A stretch of 64,000 nucleotides of DNA from the NCBI RefSeq assembly GCF_006345805.1, contig NC_043011.1:22952464-23016463 (forward strand). The letters are read 5' to 3'. Source of the DNA: Octopus sinensis (Eukaryota). This document shows, piece by piece, positions 1-13,142 of this stretch (position 1 is its first letter; every line of letters starts with the position of its first letter). Both the position numbers and the translations under genes were made by a program. The notes under the pieces are model-generated. The model worked only from the letters and a program-made list of their open reading frames with translations, made no database searches and was not told the DNA's origin.

Positions 1-43
<43 letters not shown>

Positions 44-60
44 ATATATATATGTATATA

Positions 61-93
<33 letters not shown>

Positions 94-108
94 ATATATA
101 TATATATG

Positions 109-154
<46 letters not shown>

Positions 155-769
155 ATATATACAATGTATATATATATATAAGCAATAAAATCTCTGAGCA
201 AGATGTAAAAAGTAGCAGCACAACATCATGAAGTATATTTGCCACCTAAATATGGTTGACCCATATGGGATGATGCTACTTTTGTTTATAGCCACAGGAA
301 TATATCTCCTCCAAGTGGCTAACAACATACTGTCTGTGTCTGATCAGTATTTGCTTGATCTATCCTTACAAAAATCTATTTAACCCATAGATGGGACCCT
401 GACAGGTACTACCATTCCCGGTCAGAATAGACCTGAAAGTAATGATAATTAAGGGGTGACCACATACTCCCCACAACTCCAGAAGTCCCAAACTTGAGCC
501 TTGCCACCAGATGCAGTTTAATGTCATACCCAAGACATTCATACATATATACAACAGGCTTTCATCTAGTTTACATCTACCAATTTCCACTCACAAGGCA
601 CAGCTCAGTTTGAACACATAGTAGAAGATGCCCATGATGTGCCGTGCTAAGACACCTGGAAAAATGTGGTGGCAAAGTGAACTTAACCACACAGCAATGC
701 ACATGTGAATAAACCAGAAATAAATAGAAAAGCAAGAGGTCCATTTCAAATATAAATGGTATGACAAAC

Positions 770-891
770 CTTTCAAATTAGGAAACTTCAATTTGGAGTC
801 TTTCTTTACCACAGCCACGGCATAGTAGGAGGCTTCCTGAGCATTCTTTTCTGTTATATGAGTTTCAGATATTCCAGGTGTAATTTTACAT
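770..891 (-). CDS. Transferrin-family exon 7 (ECKITPGISETH...ASYYAVAVVKKDSKLKFPNLK); gene continues beyond window start
   Basis: YYAVAVVKK motif; ttttttag acceptor, GTTTGT donor, phase 2 to 1. Confidence 0.95.
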
Positions 892-3065
892 CTAAAAAAG
901 AAATAGAAATAGAAATACAACAACAATAATAATAACAATAATAAATTGTTTGTACCTGCCATCTGCATTTAGCTCAGGTGTATTTAGCTGAAGATTGTTA
1001 TGAGAACAAATGGCAGGGGTATTAGAATATTTCTTTAGAATCATTTTCAGTTAATAAATATGATAAAATGTGTTCTGTTTCTGGTTATCTATATATAAAG
1101 TAGGTGCAGGTATGGTTGAGAAGTTTAGGAAGTTTAGTTTTCAACCACATGGTTTTGAAATCAGCCCCATTGCATGGCAACACCATGGGCAAGTGACTTC
1201 TATTGTTCCAGGTCAACTAATGCCTTGAGAGAGAATTTGGTAGGTGAAAACTGAAAGAAGCCTGTCACGTGTGGGCAAATGTTTACAAAATTATGCTGAA
1301 CAGCAAGTCAAGAGGATGGCATCATCATATGTGACTGCATTGCAACTGGTTAAATTTATTTACAATTCCTGCCTACAAAATTGTTTGCTGCCTCTGTGTT
1401 CTTGAAATCTAGAATAAAAGCTCCATACTTATAAAATAAAGGCTGACATCTAGTTGTAAAAACTCAGCCTAATATCTACTTCTGCTTAGAGGCAGCAAGC
1501 TGGTAGAATCATTAGCATGCCAGGCAAAAGCCATTTTATTGGCCTTTACATTCAGAGTCCAAATTCTGCTGAGGTCGACATTGCCTTTCATCCTTTTGGG
1601 GTTGGTAAAAAGTACCAGTTGAACACAGGGGTTGATGTAATTGACTAACACCCTGTTTTTGCTTTTTGAAGATGACTATGATTTTAAAAATTCATTACTT
1701 TTAAAAACAGATGTGTTAGTGAGAGAAATTAGTGAATATATAATACAGATGTCTGTCAGTCTGTGTAGCTGTATGCATTTCTACATTTTACAATAGATTT
1801 GCACCAAATTTCATACATGGGTTTCTTAAGTCCTATTACGCATCATAAGCTATTTTATTTTTCCGTACATCGATTGTGCCCCCCCCCCCCCCGGGCAGAT
1901 AACCCTCTTAAGCTTCTCTTTTTTGGCCCCATAATTCCAGCACTCTGCCACCCATCTTCACCAAAATTAATCTTTTGTTTGTTTATGGCCTAGAAATAAA
2001 GTTGCAGGCATGCACTTTCACAGAAATTCGAGTAGGGGACCCCTTGATGGGCAGTAAACTGATCTAATTTCCATTACATTTCACACATATCATTATAGTA
2101 AGTATTCTGCTCAATACCACAGATTTACTTGTAAACTACTTGACGTTAACCACTTGAGCATGTTCCTTGGTGACTGACAATATGTGATCTCTGATCATGA
2201 GCAGGAGTAGAGGGGGAGCATCATAGCCATGTGTTGAGAGAGATTCTTTTGGGTTTGAATATATGTAACAAAAGCAAAATTTGAAGGAAATATTAGCTAT
2301 TTTTCATGCTTTCTAGGGGTAAGCAAATAGGAAATATCAGTTGCTACCCAAGGACAAAAATTGAGTTACACAGTGTTTAAAAAAAAGAAGTCTGTGAAGA
2401 ATAAGGATTTCTATAAACAAAAATATGAGGTCATGTTTTATAGAGAAGTTGTAAAGTTGAGTAATTTTGGACTGAGTATATTTGCTATGTATTGTATCAA
2501 CCCCAAGGAAATGAAAGGAAAAACGAATTTCAGCAAAATTTCAACTCAGAATGTACATGAGTAAAACAATTTAGTCCAGTGATCTATAGCCTATACTAAT
2601 TCATTGCTCCTGAAGGATCATCATTATCATTATCATCATCATTATAATCTTTTTTCAATGCTGGCATGGATTGGATGGTTTGACAGAAGTTGGCCAGCTG
2701 AAGAGCTGCCCAGGTTCCATGTCTGTTTTGGCATGGTTTCTATGGCTTGATGCCCTTCCTAATGCAAAACCACTTTACAAGGTGTACTGGGTGCTTTTAG
2801 ACAACACCAGCAAGATTCTAAAAGAACGTAAGAGAAAAATAATCAACAATTCATATATTGACAGTGTAGAATATAACTGATATATGATTATTCAAGAGGG
2901 CAGGAGCAGCTGGGTGAGTCAATGCCTCCCATTAATTAGCTTAAGTATTGAAAAGTCATTGATTTTAGTTTTGAAATTTATTAAAGACAATTAACATATT
3001 TTTAGTGTATAAACTATGAACAAAACAAAAATAATCTATGCAAATGAAAAGAAGTAAAGACTTAC

Positions 3066-3318
3066 TCATCATCATTTTTGGCATCTACAATAATTCCACC
3101 GTCTAAAACAACAAAATCCGCATTTTTGTATGTTACTTTTCTAATACAGTCATGAGCATCTGTACCCTTCACACATTTCAGTTTATTGGTTGCACGTTTT
3201 GCAGCAAAAGCCAATTTCAAATCTGAACATTTCTTCATTTCTGCATCATTCACAGTGCACCATCTTAGATCATCTTTACAAGTGTGATAATACTCAAATG
3301 TATTGAAAAATCCATCAC
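3066..3318 (-). CDS. Transferrin-family exon 6, start of C-lobe (LRWCTVNDAEMKKC...KLKCVKGTDAHDCIRKVTYKNADFVVLDGG)
   Basis: Canonical RWC..KC and D..VLDGG motifs; ttttttaag acceptor, GTAAGT donor, phase 1 to 2. Confidence 0.96.
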
Positions 3319-4400
3319 CTTAAAAAAGAGAAAAGAAAAAAAAAACTCTCTCTATATCATCATCATCATAATCATCTTCCTTTAATGTTCATTTTCCATG
3401 CTAGCAATCTTGGAAGCTGCATCAGGATCCAGTTTGATTTGGTATGGTTTCTACAGCTGGATGCTCTACCTAATGCTAACCATTTTACAGTGTGCTGGAT
3501 GCTTTTAACACACACACACACACACATCAGCAACATGAGCATCACCATCACCAGCATCTTCATAAAGTTCATTTTTCCATGCTTGCATGGGTCAGATACA
3601 ATTTGTTGAGGCATATTTTTTATGGCTGAATACCTTTCCTGTCACCAACCCTTACAAGAAAGTTAACATTTTCCCATGGCTGTAAATGTTTTCATGGAAG
3701 ACTGGAAACGAGGGACACTATTTGTATTATGGTAACACTCATTTTGAAATAGTATGTGGTGTCAAGATAAGGAGATACAAAAACAAATCCACACACACAA
3801 CATATAATAGGTTTCTTTCAGGTTTCCATTTCCTAAATCCATTTATGAGGCTTTGGCTAGCCAAGGGCGATAGCACAAGACATTTGCTAATCCATTCAAC
3901 TACACCTAGTTTCCTCAATAACCATAAAATTATTAAATGTGGTAGTCTATTAAACACTCTCCAGATCAGTGGCAGTCCGAGATAGTGGTTTATTTTTAAC
4001 CCAATATTTCTCCTGCAGTTGCCTCCCAAGAAAAATCTGCATCTGTGGTGCCTTGTCTCAGAACAAAGCCAAACTTTATCCCATCTAAGTCTACTCTGCC
4101 ACAGATCAATTGTGTTATGATAATCTCAGTGATCTTCATAATTTGATCTAGTAGTTTGACTCCTCTATAGTGGCTTCACTCTAACATATCTTCTCTGCCT
4201 TTGTTGCAGTTTACCATGAGACTTCTACATCAGGTGTCCTATTTCACCAGATATTTGTGGCATCTCTGCAACTAACCCTGACAAACCTGCAGCTTTCTCT
4301 CTCTTCATATCCTTGATTGCTTTATCTACCATGCTACTCTCAACTTGAAAACAAACACACACACACACACAAATATAATAATAAAGTATTGCTTACTCAC

Positions 4401-4786
4401 CCATTATTGTTTTGTAATTTTCACTTGTTTCTTTGAAATTCTTGCTATCCTTGAAAGTATGAAGGTGTTTCTTAATTTTGTCTGCATTATCTTTAAGTGC
4501 TTTAGTAATCTCTGTCAATTTACCATTTTCCATTTCAGGAGAGGTAACAAAGACATCTGATGGTCTAGTTGCCCAATTGCAGCTTTCATATTCAGATTGA
4601 TTTTTCACACTCCCATCAGGACAGAGCAGAGATAATGACCTGCTTCTCCCAGTTCCCTGTGGCTAACAAATGCAATATCCCCTCCTTTGTCATCCAGAAG
4701 GCATTTTAAAGCACCTTTATATCCAGCAAACGAGCTATTCATTGAACAGTCTGTACAAAGTCCGCAAACAGCAGGGCGGTTGGTAG
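4401..4786 (-). CDS. Transferrin-family exon 5 (CGLC..GYKGALKCL..GDIAFVSH / LLCPDG..CNWATRPSD..), apparent 1-nt frameshift at ~4633-4662
   Basis: ttag acceptor, GTGAGT donor; the two halves are transferrin motifs in different frames; 386 nt is one short of what is needed to keep phase 1 into exon 6. Confidence 0.9.
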
Positions 4787-5145
4787 CTAAGTTAAGAGAA
4801 AAAAAAATACAGACATGTTTATAGTATATGTGTGTGTTTTCAAAATATATTCAAACAGTAAATATCTCAAAAAAAAAAAAAGCAAATTTAAAGCTGCAAG
4901 ATTGGAAACACAAATCTGAATACTAGAATTTGGAGTTATTTAGTTATGATATATTAAAGGATAATCTAAACTATGTGCGTGTATGTGTATGCATGTATGT
5001 GTGTGTGTGTGTGTGTGTGTGTATGTATTTATATGTGTATATACATATATGCACACACACCACACACACATACATATATATATAGAGACATATATCTACA
5101 CATGTATATACATATATATATATACATACATAAATAATGTATATA

Positions 5146-5181
<36 letters not shown>

Positions 5182-5433
5182 ATATATATATATATATATA
5201 TATATATGATATACATATATATATATATATGTATATACTTATAAGGTCCTTGGATACCAAAAATGGTATATTTTAACACATTCAGTCAAAACTAGAAACA
5301 TATATAATATTGACTCCAACATATACCATGAACTCATACATATAGAAATCACAAAAAGATATAAGGTAGTACCAAATAGAACACTAAAGAAGATGAACCT
5401 AGAAGCCAGAAATATAATGCTTGATACATACAT

Positions 5434-5488
<55 letters not shown>

Positions 5489-5618
5489 ATATATATACAC
5501 ACATACACATATACATATCAATATACACACACACTTGACTTATATATCAAGTGGTTTTCACTTTTACTCAGAGCATAGTAAAAAAAAAGTATATGTTTTG
5601 GTAAAACCAACTACTTAC

Positions 5619-5873
5619 TGAAAGGATTGAATTTTGGTGACATTGCCCCAGGGGCACAGGACTCAGCGAAGAAGTCAGCAACATTAGCAACTGTATCATA
5701 GCATGTTTTTATTTTTATTTTCTGCAGTTTTTGTAAGTTGGAGACAGGTACAGTCCAGCCAGTGGTTTTTCCAGCACCAGTATGGCAAGATTTTTTATCC
5801 TTCAGGGAGTCGAGGTTTGTAATGCTACTACCGTCCTTTATGAGAAACACAGCCTTATAACGATAGGTTTGGT
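5619..5873 (-). CDS. Transferrin-family exon 4 (DQTYRYKAVFLIK...KKSCHTGAGKTTGWTVPV...FFAESCAPGA)
   Basis: Hallmark KKSCHTG..GW..P and FF..SCAPG motifs; ttttgcag acceptor, GTAAGT donor, phase 1 to 1. Confidence 0.97.
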
Positions 5874-6301
5874 CTGCAAAACAGGTGAGATGAAGCAAAT
5901 GAAAAGTACAGCAGTGGAGAGGAAACAGTAGATATGCAACAAATAAAGAATATATCGAAGATACTGAAGACGGAGAAAAATGTCAATTGTACGAGAATGA
6001 GAAAAACAGTAGATAGTGTGAACAATAGTCAATACATATAACATACAGAGTTAACATTACATAAGCATGACTAGACTAGGAGCTGATAAATATATTAACA
6101 GATAAAACTAGTCCAGGGTTTCCAGCTTTGCTCACAGGATGGTTATCTCCCCTGTCAGTGTCTATAAACGTGTGCTTTTGCAGCTTAAAGGGTTTTAACT
6201 CTTATTTCTCGCAATATAGGTACTATTCAGTACCTCCAGTCACAATTAGTGACAATTGAATTTTCCTCTTTGGTTTAATATTGTGCTAAGCTGATTAATT
6301 C

Positions 6302-6336
<35 letters not shown>

Positions 6337-6337
<1 letters not shown>

Positions 6338-6700
6338 GGTGCAATGACCCAGTGGTTAGGGCAGCGGACTCGCGGTTGTAGGATCGAAGTTTCGATTCCC
6401 AGACTGGAGCATTGTGAGTGTTTATTGAGCAAAAACACCTAAAAATTCCAAGAGGCTCCAGCAGGGAGGTGGGGTGGCGAATGATGCTGTACTCTTTCAC
6501 CACAACTTTCTCTTCTTACCATTTCTGTAGTACCTGTATTTCAAAGGGCCAAGCTTGTCACACTCTGTGCCATGCAGAATCTCCCCAAAAACTATGTTAA
6601 GCGTACATGTGTCTGTGGAGTGCTCAGACACTTGCACGTTACTTTCACAAGCAAGCTGTTCCGTTGATTGGATCAACTGGAACTCTTGTCAATGGAGTGC
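6337..6700 (+). mobile_element. tRNA-derived SINE (family C)
   Basis: Head with A-box TGACCCAGTGGTTAGG and B-box GTTTCGATTCC; similar copies at 28545-28836(-), 33645-33900(+), 43525-43765(+), 53838-54222(-). Confidence 0.8.
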
Positions 6701-6719
6701 CATATATATATGGAATTTG

Positions 6720-7180
6720 TATCCTTGTGGTACCAGTGCCGGTGGCACATAAGAAAACCATCCGAACGTGACCGTAGCCAGTACCGCATCAACTGGCCTC
6801 TGTGCTGTGGGCACGTAACAAACACCATCCGAGCGTGGCCGTTCGCCAGCCTCGTCTGGCACCTGTGTCGGTGGCACATAAGAAAACACCATCCGAGCGT
6901 GGCCGTCTGCCAGCCTCGTCTGGCACCTGTGTCGGTGGCACATAAAAAACACCATCCGAGCGTGTGGCCGTCTGCAGCTCGTTCTGGCACCTGTGTCGGT
7001 AGCACATAAAATCACCCACTACACTCTCGGAGTGGTTGGCGTTAGGAAGGGCATCCAGCTAGAAACACTGCAGATCTGACTGGCCTGGTGCAGCCTTCGG
7101 GCTTGCCAGACCCCAGTGAACCGTCCAACCCATGCTAGTATGGAAAGTGGACGTTAAAACGATGATGATGATGATGATGA
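6720..7180 (-). mobile_element. Repeat family D with an internal ~63-bp tandem array (5 units) and (CAT)n tail
   Basis: Related copies at 8230-8620, 40460-40830, 2630-2810, 3360-3700; the 40460 copy abuts an RTE 3' end. Confidence 0.7.
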
Positions 7181-7284
7181 TATATATATACATATATACA
7201 TATATTTATATCTATGACATGCAATGCATCAATATGTACAAACGATGGTAATAACACAGCACAAACGATGATAATAAAGGCAGC

Positions 7285-7510
7285 AAGCTGGCAGAAACGT
7301 TAGCACACTGGGTGAAATGCTTAGCAGTATTTCGTCTGCCGTTACGTTGTGAGTTCAAATTCCGCCGAGGTCGACTTTGCCTTTCATCCTTTCGGGGTCG
7401 ATAAATTAAGTACCAGTTACGCACTGGGGTCGATGTAATCGACTTAATACCTATGTCTGTCCTTGTTTGTCCCCTCTGTGTTTAGCCCCTTGTGGGTAAT
7501 ATAGAAATAG
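7285..7510 (+). mobile_element. SINE (family B)
   Basis: gagttcaaattccgccgaggtcgactttgcc core; copies at 1490-1650, 8685-8870, 25437-25669, 32400-32670, 35985-36220, 37810-38040, 58077-58665. Confidence 0.8.
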
Positions 7511-7643
7511 GTAATAACACAGCACTGTGATGACAATGACAATGGTGATAATAATAGTAACCATGGTGATGATGATAAAAAACTGACAGTAGGAAAAGCA
7601 TTTGTGAGTGATTTTGAGAGAACACAATGGAAAGAGCACTCAC

Positions 7644-7779
7644 CATTGTCTAAAACTTCTCGAAGGAATGGTTTGAGATTCAGAAACTTGCCAGCTGGGT
7701 AGAGATCAGTATCAGAAACACCTACCACATCAACTTCACCATTCTTTACCATTTGCATACAACGGTAGATATTTGCTGC
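7644..7779 (-). CDS. Transferrin-family exon 3 (AANIYRCMQMVKNGEVDVVGVSDTDLYPAGKFLNLKPFLREVLDN)
   Basis: ttttccag acceptor, GTGAGT donor, phase 0 to 1; aligns by eye to the transferrin C..AI..NEADAVTLD motif. Confidence 0.92.
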
Positions 7780-8625
7780 CTGGAAAATGAAAACAGATAC
7801 AAATACAAACATAAAAAAAAATTTTTTTAAATAATCAGCAGTGAATAAGAGAACTGAAGTTATTCAGACAGGGTGAATTAAGATATTTATTATACAAAAG
7901 GTAATCAAGCAATGACTACACCATGTATGGTGGTGGTGGTGGTGGGTCATACAATGTAGCTGGAGCTACATTGTCTAATAAGTCTATCTTTATTTATGAC
8001 AGTAATGTGTATTTTGAGGTAGATTTGGCTGCTATTTCTAGCAAGTTAAGTGACTTTGTAGAGCAGTGGCCTCACAAACCAGTTTCATGGATGACAATTT
8101 TTCCAAGGACTGGGAGATCACATGCATAGCAAAACACAATAAAGTGCATAATAGATGTATAATTCAATTATTACATATAAATGTGAAAGTAATTTATGCA
8201 TTTTATTTCTTTTATTATTACATTATATATATCATCATCATCATCATCATCGTTTAACATCCGTTCTCCATGCTAGCATGGGTTGGACGGTCCGACCGGG
8301 GATCTGGGAAGCCAGAAGGCTGCACCAGGCTCCAGTCTTATCTGGCAATGTTTCTACAGCTGGATGCCCTTCCTAACGCCAACCACTCGGTGAGTGTAGT
8401 GGGTGCTTTTTACGTGCCACCTGCACAGGTGCCAGGTGAGGCTGGCAACGGCCACGGTCGGATTGATGTATTTTATGTGCCACCGGCACGGAAGCCAGTA
8501 GAGGGCGGCGCTGGCATCGGCCACGAGTCGGATAGTGCTTTTACGTACCACCAGACCAGGGATCCTGGCTGGTTCAATTCGATTTCAATTGCCCCAACAT
8601 GTCTTCGCAAGCAAAGGGGGTTGGC

Positions 8626-8658
<33 letters not shown>

Positions 8659-9332
8659 TTATGATACAACTAAGGTAGTGAGCTGGCAGGATCGTTAGTA
8701 CACCAGGCAAAATACTTAAGTGGCCATTACATCCATCTTTACATCCCGAGTTCAACTTTGCCTTCCATAGTTTTGGACTGATAAAATAAGTACCAGTTGA
8801 ACTCTGAGGTCAATGTAATCAACTTACCCTATTCCCCAAAAATTACTGACTCTGATACAAAATTTGAAATCAATATATATAATACAACTTGGTGGTTGGA
8901 GACCCCTGCTGTGGGACTCCAGTATGGCCACAGTTCATTGACTGAAAGAGGTAAAAAATAAAAAGAGGCATCAGTAAGTTGTCAGAAATACTTAATATAA
9001 AGCAGGGGTTTTCAACCATCTTTTACCTATGGATCCCTTTGATTCCTATTTCATCCCAGGAAGGGACCCCATAGTCTTAAGTCTAAAAATTCTTATATTT
9101 TTATGATCATATATATTAGGAATTGTATAAAATTGTTTAAATATTGTGTGTGCTGCAGAAGCATAACCAGTTTATTATACATAAATTTTAACAGAAAATT
9201 TATATGGGTCACAGATATAAAGTATTATATTATCAGGCTGAATGAAATTTATTAACAATTGAGAGAATGCAATCAGTTGAATAGAAAATTTACACAAAAA
9301 TATAAGAATTCAAGTAAATTGAAATATCTTAC

Positions 9333-9415
9333 CTTTACACATTTCAAGGTGTGACCGCTAAGATCTTTTTTTAAGTTATCACATTCATTACCTTTTCCAA
9401 TTTCACACATTGAAA
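9333..9415 (-). CDS. Transferrin-family exon 2 (FSMCEIGKGNECDNLKKDLSGHTLKCVK)
   Basis: CAG acceptor, GTAAGA donor, phase 1 to 0; Cys pattern of the transferrin N-lobe start; joins exon 3 in frame. Confidence 0.85.
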
Positions 9416-9689
9416 CTGTGAATATAAAAAGAGAAGAAACTGTGAATATAAAATGTAAATCACGAAATCCAAGCTTTGTATTGCTCAAGCTGCAATTTAT
9501 GACAGTCAATATTGCTTCATGGAGGCAATGACAAATGACGAAGACCTTTGGCGATATGCCATGCTTGAGTAGAAGGCCCATCGGGCCAAGTGAAATTGTA
9601 GTCGTGGCAGATATTGGTGTCATATACACATGCATAAATTTGTCATTTAAAGAATAAATTAATTGTCTTGCTGTTTCTGAATCAACTGC

Positions 9690-10200
9690 ATGTTATAATA
9701 ATAATAATAAACATTGTGTACAGTGCTCAGGTGCACTACAACTCATCTAAAGTGTATATATAATCAAGGTTGTAGTTTCGGGGGGATTTCGACTGACAGG
9801 ATGAGGAGCCTTATGAGGCTTAAAGGAAGTAAAGTGATGCACATGGCAGTTCACACAACTGACGCACGAGTACTGAGTTTATTCCATGCTTCAGAGCAAC
9901 TCTGAGCGTGAAGAAATGTTTCCGAAAGTCATGGGAGCTGAGCTGTGTTGTTTTCTGACTTTGTAGTGCTGTCCACGTGTGTTAGACACATGGAGATCAA
10001 AAAGGTGTTCAGTGTTTGTTATTGGTGAGGTGGTTGATAACTTTGTGGGCGTTTACCAAGTCCGGCGCCAGACGCCGGAGCTTCAGTGAATCCATGCCCA
10101 GGGAAACAAGGCGCTCAGAATATGGTAGGTGTCTGATGGAGGGTATGCGTTTGGTTGCCACTAATATAATACATCGTGTCTGTATTAGCTGTCAAGACTA
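9690..10200 (-). mobile_element. CR1-type LINE 3' end, decayed
   Basis: Minus-strand translation gives NTRG..YKVRKQHS / HDFRKHFFTLRVA..WNKL, the CR1 C-terminal signature. Confidence 0.7.
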
Positions 10201-11096
10201 CCTACCCCCAACTATGATACTAACATTATGGCTGTCATTTACAATCAAGTATGACCCGTTAGTAAGTACTTTTTACTAACTACTTAGACCTTTTGTTACC
10301 ATATTTCTGTTGAATCATAAGGCCCTTATTTCAATTAATCTTGAAAAAAATGAAGAATTTAGTAAAATATTTTGCCATTATTAAGCTAGTGTCTGGAACA
10401 TAAATTAACATGAAATTTTGATTGAAAGTTTTAATTACACCCTCGGACTGGTTGGTGTTAGGAAGGGCATCTAGCCGTAGAAACCATGTCAAATCAAATG
10501 GTGCAGCCCATCAGCTTACCAGCATGGACAACAGACATTAAAGATGATGATGATGATGATGGCAAATATTCTGAATTTTCTTACTCATCAAATGAAGAAT
10601 TAAGATATTTTGTTTAATATTTCAGTTAGGTATTGTGTCTCACTAGTAATGCCTTCTCTGTATATTGCAAAAATCTAATTCTATTTTCCGAAATTAATTG
10701 CACTTCATATTTGAAGCTCCAATGAAGCTATAGGATATTGTTCAGGCACTTAACAAAGAGCCCACTGCATCATATAGCTGAAACAGCTGTAAGCTAATGA
10801 AGTTTATAACATAACCATTGTTTTTTTTATATCATTTATTTTTCTTATTTTATTCAATATATTTTTATTTTTAAATTGTTTCATTCATTGGGCTACAGCC
10901 ATGCTGGAGTACAACCCTAAAGGGTTTGGTCAAACATATCGATCCAAGTACTTATTTTTAAGCTTGGTATTTATTCTGTTGGTCTCTTTTGCCAAACCTC
11001 TAAGTTATGGGGATGTAAACAAACCAATACTGGTTGTCAGGCAGTGGTTAGGGGACATACACATACAGATACACACCCACACACCCAAACATATAC

Positions 11097-11131
<35 letters not shown>

Positions 11132-11217
11132 CGTATACAATTATGGAAAGGTTGTTTTGGAAGGAGTTTATTCAAAATTTTAATATTCCTAATCATTTGA
11201 AGAATCGTAATCTATAT

Positions 11218-11550
11218 CAGGAGTGGCTGTGTGGTAAGTAGCTTGCTTACCAACCACATGGTTATGGGTTCAGTCCCACTGCGTGGTACCTTGGGCAAGC
11301 GTCTTCTACTATAGCCTCGGGCCGACCAAAGCCTTGTGAGTGGATTTGGTAGGAGGAAACTGGAAGAAGCCTGTCGTATATGTGTATGTATGTTTGTGTT
11401 TACATCCCTGCAACGTAGCAGTTCGGCAAAAGAGACCGATAGAATAAGTACTAGGCTTACACAGAATAAGCTCTGGGGTCGATTTGCTCGACTAACGGCG
11501 GTGCTCCAGCATGGCCACAGTCAAATGACTGAAAAAAGTACAAGAGAGAA
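11218..11550 (+). mobile_element. tRNA-derived SINE (family A)
   Basis: ggagtggctgtgtggtaag...ggttcagtcccactgcg head; copies at 12633-13017, 33076-33475, 34551-35012(-), 35425-35839(-), 44096-44260, 16760-17525(-). Confidence 0.85.
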
Positions 11551-11940
11551 AACAAATGAAACCGATGAAATTTTTTAACAAAAAAAAAAAAACCGGAAAT
11601 GTGTGTGGGGGCTCACCTTTTACCACAAACCTATAAAAACGGCTGTCCATAAAAAATACTAAATTCTTAAAATTTTGTTCATACAAAATGACATTGCAAT
11701 GAAAACATTTCCACATTTAAATTTAAATAAATAAATAAACAACTATTTTAAGTAGGATAATGTATGCTTTTCAGTACCTGTTCTTTTGTTCGTATATCTT
11801 CAGGTATGATGAGAAAACTACTTTTACAGATTAACAATCATTCTCGAATTATTTGTAATAATTATGAGTGGAAATCATTGCAACAGATACGATATAGTCT
11901 TTCTCACCAAATCATACTAATGTAAGGGATTTCAAACTTG

Positions 11941-12351
11941 GGATCTTTTCGGTTTGAACATAATTTCTAGGTAACTAAAAAAAATTTAAAACTTCGTATA
12001 CTGGTAGAATGTGTTTATAAAACATCTTTTTCTCTTGGCTTTATTGAGAAAATTCTATGGTTTGTAAGATATTTGTTGGGGTTTTTTTTCCTTCAATTTC
12101 TGCAATTTCAACCAATCAATGACGTCTATTGAGATGAAAACATTCTGTGCCGTATGAATATGTCCCTCGTTTAAGAAACAGATTGGGTTTATTTACATTT
12201 GTGAAGAAAAAAAAAGATATCCTTCTCCCCACCCCTAACCCTAAATCTAAAACAGATTGAAATGCAATAGATCGATACTAGGGTCATAATTATGGGTGAC
12301 AATTTCATATGACACCGCTAGAAAAAACTGCCGTTCAAACCGAAAAGATCC
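11941..12351. mobile_element. Merlin-like MITE, copy 1 (opposite orientation to copies 2 and 3)
   Basis: TIR GGATCTTTTCGGTTTGAAC; body matches 17050-17464 and 29469-29871. Confidence 0.8.
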
Positions 12352-13142
12352 CAAAATAATTTAAGCATACCTACACAAATGTGCATCCCATACCGACTTC
12401 GTTTCCTCATAACTTACAGAGAAATGGATATCTTTTCATGAGATTATCTACAAACATACTTTCATGATGTAGAATCCGATTATGTAGGAATTTGTTGTGA
12501 AAAAAAGTTTTTTTCCGAAACTCTTCTCCCGATCCCTAGGAAAATTTTCTTAACAACAAATTCCCATATAACCAGAATGTACACCATTTGAAGCGTATTT
12601 GTAGAAAATTTCATTTAAAAATATCTATTTTTAGGCGCAGGAGTGGCTGTGTGGTAAGTAGCTTGCTAACCAACCACATGGTTCCGGGTTCAGTCCCACT
12701 GCGTGGCATCTTGGGCAAGTGTCTTCTGCTATAGCCCCGGGCCGACCAATGCCTTGTGAGTGGATTTGGTAGACGGAAACTGAAAGAAGCCTGTCGTATA
12801 TATGTATGTTTATGTGTGTTTGTCCCCCTAGCATTGCTTGACAACCGATGCTGGTGTGTTTACGTCCCCGTCACTTAGCGCTTCGGCAAAAAGACCGATA
12901 GAATAAGTACTGGGCTTATAAAGAATAAGTCCCGGGGTCGATTTGCTCGACTAAAGGCGGTGCTCCAGCATGGCCGCAGTCAAATGACTGAAACAAGTAA
13001 AAGAATAAAGAAAAGAATTTTTTTTTTTTTTGGAAGTCATGAAAAAACAAAGTGATGGTGGGGGAACACTTGTGTAGGTATGCTATAAATATATTCCTAC
13101 AAATGTAAGACTTTGCCGGTCAAACTAGTGGGTACTATTTAA

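Noticed and set aside
4660-4670. 11-nt GT..AG segment (gttagccacag) whose removal would fix the exon 5 frame
   Set aside because: Far too short for a spliceosomal intron, and removing it deletes conserved FVxH residues
6337-6420. tRNA-like sequences with A and B boxes (also 33645, 43525, 47030-47100, 54150-54222)
   Set aside because: They continue into SINE bodies and lack a full acceptor stem, so they are not tRNA genes
6735-7015. Five ~63-bp repeats with variable middles resembling a CRISPR array
   Set aside because: Units are degenerate tandem copies within a dispersed eukaryotic repeat (shorter versions at 8400-8530 and 40560-40680); no unique spacers and no cas genes
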